Positions 28,623-36,723 of a stretch of 53,579 nucleotides of DNA are shown here, piece after piece. The translations under genes and the position numbers were made by a program. The DNA lies in the NCBI GenBank assembly GCA_046760805.1, contig JBHIEV010000003.1, positions 1 through 53,579 of the forward strand, read 5' to 3'. The notes beneath the pieces were generated by a model. The model saw nothing but the letters and a program-made list of their open reading frames with translations. It did no database searches and was not told the DNA's origin. This DNA comes from Candidatus Bathyarchaeia archaeon. Its GTDB lineage: Archaea > Thermoproteota > Bathyarchaeia > Bathyarchaeales > Bathyarchaeaceae. How positions within the stretch are numbered: the stretch's first letter is position 1; each line of letters begins with the position of its first letter.

Positions 28623-28732
28623 CTCTCCTCAGTCTGAGCCTCAAATAAGAAAAGAAATCCGACGCCTACGAAGCTCTGATTGCCAAACCAGCTCCTTTCT
28701 TAGTGCAGGGTCTTTCGGGAAAGAAAGTGCTT

Positions 28733-28810
28733 TGGTGGGGCTGCCCGGATTCGAACCGGGGTCAAGAGAGCCCAAGTCTCCTAGCCTAGACCATGCTAGC
28801 CGACAGCCCC
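28733..28810 (-). tRNA. tRNA-Pro(TGG), intronless
   Basis: GGGGCTG/CAGCCCC+ACCA; GGAGA-CTTGGGC-TCTCT; TTCGAAT. Confidence 0.96.
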
Positions 28811-29053
28811 ATTTCAACTCATCAAATTAAAGAACGCTTGATTTAAATCATTTCTATCTCATATTGCCCTTTACGATCGCCACACAAGGAGTGAGGATAT
28901 TTCAATCTGCCAGTCTCCTCTCTGTAGAGCGCTGTTTCCGAAAAATACTGTTTTGAATATGGCTCGCCAATAGGCTCTACATGTGAACGGTATCTTTGCT
29001 TGCGTATATACTTTTTTCAACTTTCAATTACATTATGTTGGAGCTGGTCTGTG

Positions 29054-29674
29054 ATGAGAAAGTGTTCAAAGGTGGTCTATTGGCTAGGTGACCGTCTATA
29101 CCTGAACATAACGAACAGGTGCTCCAACGACTGCTATTTCTGCTTGAGGCGGTTCAAGAGTGGGGTTGGGGAGTTTGACCTGCAACTGCTGAGGGAACCC
29201 TCTTCGGAGGAGGTGATCAGGGAGTTGCAGGTGGTTTTGAGGAGGAAGCGTTGGAAGGAGGTTGTTTTCTGCGGTTTTGGGGAGCCCTTGCAGAGGCTTG
29301 ATTGTGTCGTGGAGGTTGCAGGGTGGTTGAGGAGGTTTTGGGGCGGGGTTGTTAGGGTTGACACTAATGGTCACGGATACTTGTTGAATGGAGGAAGGGA
29401 TGTGGTGGGCGAGTTGAGGGAGGCGGGTGTGCAGAGGGTCAGTGTGAGTTTGAATGCACATGATGAGGCGACGTACAAGGAGGTGTGCAGACCACAGTTT
29501 GAAGGTGCGTTTGATGGAATTTTAGAATTTGTTAGGAGGGCTAAGGGTGCGGGTTTGGAGACTGAGGTGACTGCCGTGAGAATTCCTGAAGCGGATATCA
29601 AGAGATTGAGGGAGATAGCGGAGAGGTTAGGAGTTGGATTTAGGGTGAGGGAGTATATACGTTGCTTCTGGTAG
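29054..29674 (+). CDS. TatD-associated radical SAM protein
   Basis: YLNITNRCSNDCYFC, EVVFCGFGEP, RVDTNGHG. Confidence 0.9.
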   Translation: MRKCSKVVYWLGDRLYLNITNRCSNDCYFCLRRFKSGVGEFDLQLLREPSSEEVIRELQVVLRRKRWKEVVFCGFGEPLQRLDCVVEVAGWLRRFWGGVVRVDTNGHGYLLNGGRDVVGELREAGVQRVSVSLNAHDEATYKEVCRPQFEGAFDGILEFVRRAKGAGLETEVTAVRIPEADIKRLREIAERLGVGFRVREYIRCFW

Positions 29675-29802
29675 GATGATGCATCCCTTAGAGGCTTGTT
29701 CAAGATTTTGAACAGTTTGTTCAAAAGTGTTGTATTATATCTCACGATTCCACTATTATATTCGATGAAGAAATGTTCACAACGAACTCGTCTATACAAA
29801 AG

Positions 29803-29958
29803 ATGTTTCGTTCGAGGATTTCTGAGAGGTCATGCGAGAAGTGTAAGGGAAAGATACATGGCTTGAACTTTCACTGTGGAAAGTGCGGTGAATGCTATTG
29901 TTTTACTTGTGGAAGCGTCTTGCGTAGGTGTCCGAAGTGTGGGGGCAGACTGGAGTAG
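29803..29958 (+). CDS. Small multi-Cys zinc-finger (RING-like) protein
   Basis: CEKC..HCGKC..CFTC..CPKC, four CxxC pairs in ~51 aa. Confidence 0.7.
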   Translation: MFRSRISERSCEKCKGKIHGLNFHCGKCGECYCFTCGSVLRRCPKCGGRLE

Positions 29959-29975
29959 AGGGAGGGGCTGGTGGA

Positions 29976-30557
29976 ATGGCAGTTAATGGAAAGAAGATGG
30001 GCTTGTACGCGGCTGCCGGGGTTCTTATAGCCTTCCTCATAATTACCTCCTTTGGAGTTTCAAGCTTGACAATGCCCAATCTGAGATTTCCAAGCTTAGC
30101 TCCTCCCTCTCTCCCTGAGACCGGCACCTTGGTCGTATTGTTGACTGACGCTCCCGTCGATCTGACTCATCTCAACGTGACGCTTGATAGTATTTCGGCT
30201 CACAGACAGGGTTACGGTAACGAGACTTGGGTGGATCTGGCTTTCGTTGAGAGTGTGTCGGAGGTGACCTTCGACTTGCTTGCGTTACGAGATGTGGCTA
30301 TGAATCTCTCTCTTACTGAGATTCCGCCAGGAAACTACACCATGATCAAGATGCACGTGAAGGCGGCCAATGCGACTGATGTAGAGGGCAACGTAACTGT
30401 TCTTGATGTGCCTAGTGAGCACATTAGGATCCTTGTGCACTTCGAGATTGTCGCCGGCGAGGACACTACTGTTCTCGTTGATATGCAAGCGGACTGGGTG
30501 GCGATCAGCCATAGCAAGAAGCTTAGGCCTGTGTTGAAGGCCACTGTGCTGCCTTAA
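29976..30557 (+). CDS. DUF4382-like exported/membrane-anchored protein
   Basis: N-terminal TM, GTLVVLLTDAP, FDLLAL, PGNYTMI, KLRPV. Confidence 0.8.
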   Translation: MAVNGKKMGLYAAAGVLIAFLIITSFGVSSLTMPNLRFPSLAPPSLPETGTLVVLLTDAPVDLTHLNVTLDSISAHRQGYGNETWVDLAFVESVSEVTFDLLALRDVAMNLSLTEIPPGNYTMIKMHVKAANATDVEGNVTVLDVPSEHIRILVHFEIVAGEDTTVLVDMQADWVAISHSKKLRPVLKATVLP

Positions 30558-30578
30558 CCATCCACTCTCTCTTTTTAG

Positions 30579-31022
30579 TTAGGGTTTCTGTTGCCATGCT
30601 CTTATGGTTTCGTACCATAGAATTGCGGTGGCTATTGTGGCTAGTATGAGGGCGTAGAGGCTGTAGAAGTTGATGGTTTTGAGTTGGGTTACGTAGAAGG
30701 TCAAGAGAGTTGTGAAGAGGGTTGCGTACAGAAGGTGGCGGGGGAGGATGTGTGTGCCGAGTCTTATGAATTGCTTGAGGATGCCGACATCGACGTGTCT
30801 TATTAGACGGTATTCCCCCCGTTTCTTTTCCACGAGTCCGATGGTTTCGAGTTTTTTAAGGTGATAGTCGGCTAAGGCGGGGCTTGAGAAGTCTAATGCT
30901 CTTTGAATCTGCCTTGGCCCCGTGGCGTTTTGGGGGTTGTTAAGGAGGTGCCAGTATACGCGTAGGGTGTTGCCTTTGAGCTGGCTGGCTATGAGTTCTT
31001 CGGTTGGTTGTTGGTCTTTCAT
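30579..31022 (-). CDS. Membrane-tethered wHTH transcription regulator
   Basis: GNTLRVYW..RQIQRALDFSSPALADYHLKKL followed by two TM helices. Confidence 0.8.
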   Translation of the reverse strand: MKDQQPTEELIASQLKGNTLRVYWHLLNNPQNATGPRQIQRALDFSSPALADYHLKKLETIGLVEKKRGEYRLIRHVDVGILKQFIRLGTHILPRHLLYATLFTTLLTFYVTQLKTINFYSLYALILATIATAILWYETIRAWQQKP

Positions 31023-31246
31023 CGCGGTGGTCTGCCTTCCGTAGAGGGGTTTGTCGTGGGTTGTAAAAAGTTGTATGAATGGTGTGTATGGATTTTGGGT
31101 TTGTTGTTGAGGATGTGTGCACCTGGGTTAGACCTAGGTCTTCCATAAGAGGCTATTAGGTCCTAAATAGGATTTGAAGTGGATGTAAGGCGAAGTTATA
31201 TTTTTGTCTTCTGAGAGTCTATCTGTTCTCCTCTGGGAAGGATAGT

Positions 31247-32509
31247 ATGCGAACTTCGAAGCTCTATACGTCTAGTGTGGTCATTCTCTCGTTGGCTTCG
31301 TTGGTGGAGAACTTAGCTCATGCCTTGCCTATATCTTATTTTCCGAGTTTTGTTCAGCTTTTGGGGGCGTCTGTTGCGTATATCGGGTTGTTCACTGCTG
31401 CTTTCACCGCGGCGAATGCGACTCTTTCCCAGAGGTTCGGCAGTTTATCGGACAGGATTGGTAGGAAAAAGCTGATTCAGGCTGGCATTCTCGCCGATGT
31501 TGCCTTGGGCACTTTGACTGGGCTCATCTGGGATTGGGCTCCCTTGTTGGTGATAAGGGTCTTGAATGGGGTGGCTACTGCGGCAGTGGCTGCTCCGTCT
31601 GAGGCTTCGTTGGTGGACCAGGTTCCTGAAGCTAGGAGGGGGGAAGCGTTGGGGTTCTATTTGACTTTAAGCATGGTCGGGTTTAATATGGGACCTGTCT
31701 TCGGAGGGGCTGTTCAATATCTGTGCAATGATGTGCTTGGAATTGGGCTTGAGTGGAGTTATAGAGTTCCTTTCTTTGTGGATTCCGTCCTCGCTTTGAT
31801 AGCGTTCTTTCTGGTGTGGTGGGGGGTTAAGGAGACGCGGGGAGAGGGTTCCACGTTTAAGAAAGTTGTTCGACAAGAAGGGGAGTTGGGGTTGAGTAAG
31901 AAGGTGATGTTTTCGCTTAGAATTCTCTACATCTCTTCGTTGGCAACCGGGTTTGCTGTCGGTTTCATCATTCCTATTAGTGTTCTGTATTTTGGGGATG
32001 TCTTTGGGGCGACGTCGCTTCAGATTGGCATAATACTGACTATGTCGGGTTTTGTTGGTTTGACCTGTAATCTTTATGCTGGGCGGCTCTCTGATAGAGT
32101 TGGTAGGAAACGTATCATAGCGTTAGGTGCTCTTCCTTCCAGATTGTCAAGCATGGCTTTTCCATTCGCTCCAGACCTTACCTCTGCGGCTGGGGTGACG
32201 CTTTTCCGGTCGTTCGGTCACAATGTGGCTATGCCAGCGTCTCGGGCTTTGAATGCTGACTTGATTCCTGAGAGGGTGAGAGGGAAGCTCTTTGGTAGAA
32301 TGGCAGCTTTTTTCAGTCTTGGCGCGATTCTGGGACCTGTTTTGTCGACGTGGATTTATGATGCTTACCGGTGGGAGGTTTTTGAGGTTCCATGGTTGGG
32401 CAATTTGATTGTGAGAGGGGCGGGTATTCCTTATTTTGTTAGTGCTGCCATCGGATTGTTTTCGTTGTTTCTTTTGCTTGTCTTCGTTGAAGAACCGAGA
32501 CAGACATAA
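31247..32509 (+). CDS. MFS transporter
   Basis: Two GxLSDRxGRK motifs; ~12 TM helices. Confidence 0.93.
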   Translation: MRTSKLYTSSVVILSLASLVENLAHALPISYFPSFVQLLGASVAYIGLFTAAFTAANATLSQRFGSLSDRIGRKKLIQAGILADVALGTLTGLIWDWAPLLVIRVLNGVATAAVAAPSEASLVDQVPEARRGEALGFYLTLSMVGFNMGPVFGGAVQYLCNDVLGIGLEWSYRVPFFVDSVLALIAFFLVWWGVKETRGEGSTFKKVVRQEGELGLSKKVMFSLRILYISSLATGFAVGFIIPISVLYFGDVFGATSLQIGIILTMSGFVGLTCNLYAGRLSDRVGRKRIIALGALPSRLSSMAFPFAPDLTSAAGVTLFRSFGHNVAMPASRALNADLIPERVRGKLFGRMAAFFSLGAILGPVLSTWIYDAYRWEVFEVPWLGNLIVRGAGIPYFVSAAIGLFSLFLLLVFVEEPRQT

Positions 32510-32584
32510 ATACTGTGAGGATTCTGGAGTTGAATGTTGGGAGAATGAAGGGATTTCCCCACAACCAAGACAACACGTGTTCTC

Positions 32585-33043
32585 CTAAACTTCTCTCCCG
32601 AATTCTCTGCTCTCAAGCCTATGCCTCTCCCCAAATCTTCTAAGGCTCTTATCAACGGTATAAAGCGGTAGTCTCATCCTCGTCCAAGGCGCCGCTATCA
32701 ACGCATCAAAAAGCCTCAAACATCCCCTCTCATCAACGAACAAATCCCTATCCTCATCCACAATTTTCAGAGCCAGAATAATATCTCCGAGCCTCAACTC
32801 ATACACCCTAACCTCTTCTTCAATCGGTATCGCCCGATAAAAAAGAGCTAGGCTCTGCAGTTTCTCTGAGCCTTTCTCAGGCGCCACATATTCCCCTGAA
32901 AAGGTCCGAAAAATGGGGTAGACGTTCTCCACAAGGGAAATCAGCGGAACAATCACAATCTTCTCGGCTCTAAGCCGCTCCATGAACCTGTGATACACCG
33001 AGCCTTCCAGAAACAAACCCCAAACCCCAGTGGTGTCAATCAA
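32585..33043 (-). CDS. PIN-domain (VapC-like) protein, start unclear
   Basis: (V)LIDTT, SLVEN, FDALIAA, LYTVDK acidic tetrad pattern. Confidence 0.7.
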   Translation of the reverse strand: MIDTTGVWGLFLEGSVYHRFMERLRAEKIVIVPLISLVENVYPIFRTFSGEYVAPEKGSEKLQSLALFYRAIPIEEEVRVYELRLGDIILALKIVDEDRDLFVDERGCLRLFDALIAAPWTRMRLPLYTVDKSLRRFGERHRLESREFGREV

Positions 33044-33153
33044 AACTCTCTCTCGCTTCTGCTTCTTACGATGAATTATTATTCCCTCAAAGCAAGATTT
33101 ATATGGTAACGTTTTTATGTATTGTGGTAACAGAATACTTAGACGTGGTCACA

Positions 33154-33414
33154 ATGTCTCTAGTCACTGTGTATGAAAAGGGAAAGATGGTGATCCCAGC
33201 CAAACTACGAAAGAAATACCAAATAAAAAAAGGAATGAAGATCCTAGTCGACGAAGACCCACTCCACGACCAAATAGTCCTCATCCCTATACCAGCAGAC
33301 GTAGATCCACTCGAACACTTTACCATCAAAGAAAAACTCTCCATAAAAGAACCAAAAGAAATTTCAGGCGAAAAAGAAGCCCAGGCAGACGCCTTAGGAA
33401 GAAAACGTGACTGA
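33154..33414 (+). CDS. AbrB/MazE-type antitoxin-like DNA-binding protein
   Basis: KGKMVIPAKLRKKYQIKKG; start re-set to ATG 33154. Confidence 0.85.
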   Translation: MSLVTVYEKGKMVIPAKLRKKYQIKKGMKILVDEDPLHDQIVLIPIPADVDPLEHFTIKEKLSIKEPKEISGEKEAQADALGRKRD

Positions 33415-33429
33415 AGAAGTTGTAATTCT

Positions 33430-34479
33430 TTAGACTATGGCGTAAGGATACGAATAGCCGCCTGGATGAAATTCGCCTTTGATGGCGATCTTCTCTCCAC
33501 ACTTTGGACAGTGCATATCCTTCGTTAGACGCCACTTCGCGATATCAAAGCTGAACCGCTTGATCACTAGCTCCCCACAACTAGGGCAATACGTGTTCTC
33601 ACCTCTGTGCCCAGGAACATTGCCCATATACACATACTTCAGCCCAACTTTCCTAGCCACCTCACAAGCCTGCTCAAGAGTTTTCACCGAAGTAGAAGCA
33701 ATGTCAGTCGTCTTATAGTTCGGATGGAACCGCAAGAGATGAAACACCGTATCCTTTCCCAAATTATCCCTAACCCAAACAGCCAACTCCCGAATCCTAT
33801 CCAAAGAATCCCCAATCTTAGGCACAACGAGATTAGTAATCTCCACATGAATCCCCTTCTTCTTCATCTCCTTCAAAGCTTCGTAGATCGGCTCTACTGA
33901 AGGAACGCCACAAAACTTCTTGTAAAACCCTGGTTCTCCTGCGCCCTTGAAGTCAACTGTTGCGGCGTCCAACACGGGCGCAATGGTCTTCACAGCCTCA
34001 GGGGTCATATACCCATTCGTAACAAAGGTGTTGAAGATTCCTTCTTTATGCGCTAGAACAGCTGTGTCATAAGCATATTCAAAAAAAATTGTCGGCTCCG
34101 TGTACGTGTAGCTTATCCCGTGACAACCATTCTCCTTCGCAGCCTCAACGGCCCTCTCCGGAGGAAAATCACTCCCCACAATCTCCTTCTCTTGGCTAAT
34201 CACCCAATTATCACAGAAACGACACCTGAAATTACACCCAACAGTCGCGATAGACATGACGGAAGCCCCAGGATGAAAATGCGAAAGAGGCTTCTTCCCA
34301 ATCGGATCAACACACGCCGAACAAGCCTTCCCATAGACGAGCGAGTAAAGCCTCCCACCCCCGTTCTTCCTAACCAAGCAGAAACCCACCTTCCCCTCAG
34401 GAATTAGACACAGCCTCCCGCAAAGATTACACTTCACCTTGTTTTCTGCCAGCTGCTCGTAGAGCATAGCCTCCCTCAA
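33430..34479 (-). CDS. amrS: AmmeMemoRadiSam system radical SAM enzyme
   Basis: CNLCGRLC..GFC, GCNFRCRFCDNW, YTYTEP, NTYCPSC..CPKC. Confidence 0.92.
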   Translation of the reverse strand: MREAMLYEQLAENKVKCNLCGRLCLIPEGKVGFCLVRKNGGGRLYSLVYGKACSACVDPIGKKPLSHFHPGASVMSIATVGCNFRCRFCDNWVISQEKEIVGSDFPPERAVEAAKENGCHGISYTYTEPTIFFEYAYDTAVLAHKEGIFNTFVTNGYMTPEAVKTIAPVLDAATVDFKGAGEPGFYKKFCGVPSVEPIYEALKEMKKKGIHVEITNLVVPKIGDSLDRIRELAVWVRDNLGKDTVFHLLRFHPNYKTTDIASTSVKTLEQACEVARKVGLKYVYMGNVPGHRGENTYCPSCGELVIKRFSFDIAKWRLTKDMHCPKCGEKIAIKGEFHPGGYSYPYAIV

Positions 34480-34482
34480 GCT

Positions 34483-34773
34483 CTATTCCTCCCTCTCCAA
34501 CCTAATCCCCTCACCATCAAACCTGATCGTTAAAGCCTTAGCTGCAGCCCTAAAACCCCTCCTAGACCCGTCCAACTCCACCAGCCTCGCCTCCCTAAGC
34601 TTGTCCAGATGGAACCACACAGTCATCCTCGCCTCGGAAGTCATCTCCTGCAGCTCAGAGACCGAAAGCCTCCTCGGGTAGACATTCACAAGCTCCTGAA
34701 GTATGCTAGCTCTGAGAGGCTGGCTTAGGGCTTCACATATCTTGTAACCGTTTAACTCCTTGTCTGATGGCAT
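34483..34773 (-). CDS. ArsR-family HTH regulator
   Basis: ALSQPLRASIL..VWFHLDKLREARLV. Confidence 0.85.
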   Translation of the reverse strand: MPSDKELNGYKICEALSQPLRASILQELVNVYPRRLSVSELQEMTSEARMTVWFHLDKLREARLVELDGSRRGFRAAAKALTIRFDGEGIRLEREE

Positions 34774-34774
34774 G

Positions 34775-34796
34775 TTATACTATTGTACTAGTATAA
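34775..34796. promoter_or_regulatory. Perfect 8-6-8 inverted repeat (putative ArsR operator)
   Basis: TTATACTA-ttgtac-TAGTATAA abutting the ArsR ATG. Confidence 0.65.
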
Positions 34797-34840
34797 AAGT
34801 ATAAATCTTGCGTTCGAAGAGAAAACGGAACGCTTAAATA

Positions 34841-34877
34841 TTACCAAACGGTAATCAACTTTGTTACCAAAAGGTAA
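34841..34877 (+). promoter_or_regulatory. Two TTACC-N4-GGTAA palindromes (putative repressor operators)
   Basis: TTACCaaacGGTAA 34841-34854 and TTACCaaaaGGTAA 34864-34877, directly after TATA-like CTTAAATA. Confidence 0.7.
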
Positions 34878-34891
34878 TAGAAGGGCTAGAA

Positions 34892-35305
34892 ATGACACTG
34901 AAACTTCAACTCGTAAAAAACAGCAAGATCCTCTTCGAGATACCCCTAACCATAGAAAGCTGGGCAAGAGACCGCCTAGAAGACGAACTTACAACCTTCG
35001 AAAGAGAGTTCGACAACTTCTCCAAACTCTTCCACGCACTAGCCCACGAAAACCGGCTACGCATGATGACAAGACTCCTCGAAGAAGACGACCAAACCCT
35101 AGGCTTCGCAGACTTCATGAAAGACCTTAGCCTAAACCCAAAAATAGTCTGGGAAAGCACAAAAAAACTACGCGAGGGCGGTCTCCTAACCAAATCCGAA
35201 GACGGTAAATACCGATTCTCAGACCTAGGACAAGCCGAATTTCTCATGGTCAGCCTAGCCCTCAGAAGACTACTCCAAACTCTAAGAGAACTCGAAGAAC
35301 TATAG
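34892..35305 (+). CDS. wHTH (ArsR-like) regulator heading an Hsp20 operon
   Basis: ALAHENRLRMM..NPKIVWESTKKLREGGLL..GKY. Confidence 0.8.
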   Translation: MTLKLQLVKNSKILFEIPLTIESWARDRLEDELTTFEREFDNFSKLFHALAHENRLRMMTRLLEEDDQTLGFADFMKDLSLNPKIVWESTKKLREGGLLTKSEDGKYRFSDLGQAEFLMVSLALRRLLQTLRELEEL

Positions 35306-35328
35306 AATAAGGAGGTGAAAACAACAAA

Positions 35329-35832
35329 ATGACATACTTTGACGACGTCTTCCGCGACATAGACGCCTACTACAAAAGACTTACAGAACGTATGTTCAGA
35401 CAGATGGAAGAGATAGACAAAGCCATTCAAAGCGGTAGACTACAGGGCGAATGGGACGTCAAGCCAATCAATAAACCAGGCGTCAGAGGCTACGTCGCCC
35501 ATGGAAGCTTTCAACTCGGGAAACCATTTACCATTCCAAAACACGCCCTAGACGAGCCCCGCGAACCCTTAACCGACACCTTCGAAGACAAAACACACGT
35601 AAAACTCTACATAGAACTACCAGGCGTCGAAAAAGACGAAATACAACTCAACATAACAGACACGCAAGCAGAGATCAAAGCCAAAAACTTCTACAAAACC
35701 ATCAACCTACCCAACAAGAACATAGAATTTGACAAGGCAAAAGCAAACTACAAGAACGGCGTCTTGGAGGTCCTGATTCCCAAGAAGAAAACCGTCGCTG
35801 AAGACGGAAAGAAGACTATAAAGATTGAGTAA
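35329..35832 (+). CDS. hsp20: Small heat-shock protein Hsp20
   Basis: EPLTDTFE, ELPGVEK, ANYKNGVLEV, C-terminal IKIE; AGGAGGTG RBS. Confidence 0.93.
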   Translation: MTYFDDVFRDIDAYYKRLTERMFRQMEEIDKAIQSGRLQGEWDVKPINKPGVRGYVAHGSFQLGKPFTIPKHALDEPREPLTDTFEDKTHVKLYIELPGVEKDEIQLNITDTQAEIKAKNFYKTINLPNKNIEFDKAKANYKNGVLEVLIPKKKTVAEDGKKTIKIE

Positions 35833-35836
35833 GGCT

Positions 35837-36552
35837 GTGCAAAGCGTGAAAAGCCAGATCTACAACGTAGACTACAACGATTACATCAGCCTCGTCGGCA
35901 CAGCCCACTTCACCAGACGCAGCCTCCAAGACGCCTACGAGGCCGTCAAACAGCTTCAGCCAAGCGACCTCGCCATCGAACTAGACTTGAGGCGATTCCA
36001 AATTCTAAACAGTACCTGCTCAACATGTCCAAGAAAAGCAACATGCACACACAAGTGCGAGTTCATAGTAGCAACTGAAGCCATCGGAAATGTCGACACC
36101 AATATCTGGCTCATCGATATGTCAGAGCCTAAGATAGGGCAAAGAATACGACGATTGATGGCTCCAGATGGACATGGCTTTCACGAATCCGTCTTCCCTT
36201 CGTCCCCAGAGAAGACGATGCGACTAGATTGTGGGAGCAGGGCTTCAAAGACGAGGTTCTCAACTCTTACGGAAGAAGGCTGGAGAGACTGCGCAGAAGA
36301 GCGCCTCATGTTTCGCGAGTACTGATCGACGAGCGCAATGCTCTAATGGCTGTGAGGCTGGCGTGGATAGCCTCCGAAAAGCTGAGGGAAGACGAGGAGC
36401 CTAAAGTATTGGCTCTTGTCGGAGCGGCGCACGTGGATGGAATAAAGAGTCTACTCAAGGAACCGCTCGATATTAAAGAAACCCTGCGAAGACTCAACCT
36501 GAACTTTACACCACCAACGCTCATCAGAAGAATCAGCGTTAATGATAACTAG
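35837..36552 (+). pseudogene. TraB/PrgY-family protein split by one frameshift
   Basis: LVGTAHF, AIELD, EF in the first frame; LIDERNALM, LVGAAHVDGI in the second; shift lies between ~36160 and 36230. Confidence 0.75.
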
Positions 36553-36723
36553 TCGAGATCTCTTATAAGTCTCTGTGCCCCAAACCATTGCTTTGGCTGC
36601 CCAACTATAAAATGCGTTCTCTCTGAGTATTATCTTCATTTCATTTTCTGGCTTGGAAGATACAGTTAAATTCATATGCTATTTTCAAAACTGGTAGAAC
36701 CAGTGTTGAAGGAGATTGTCATT

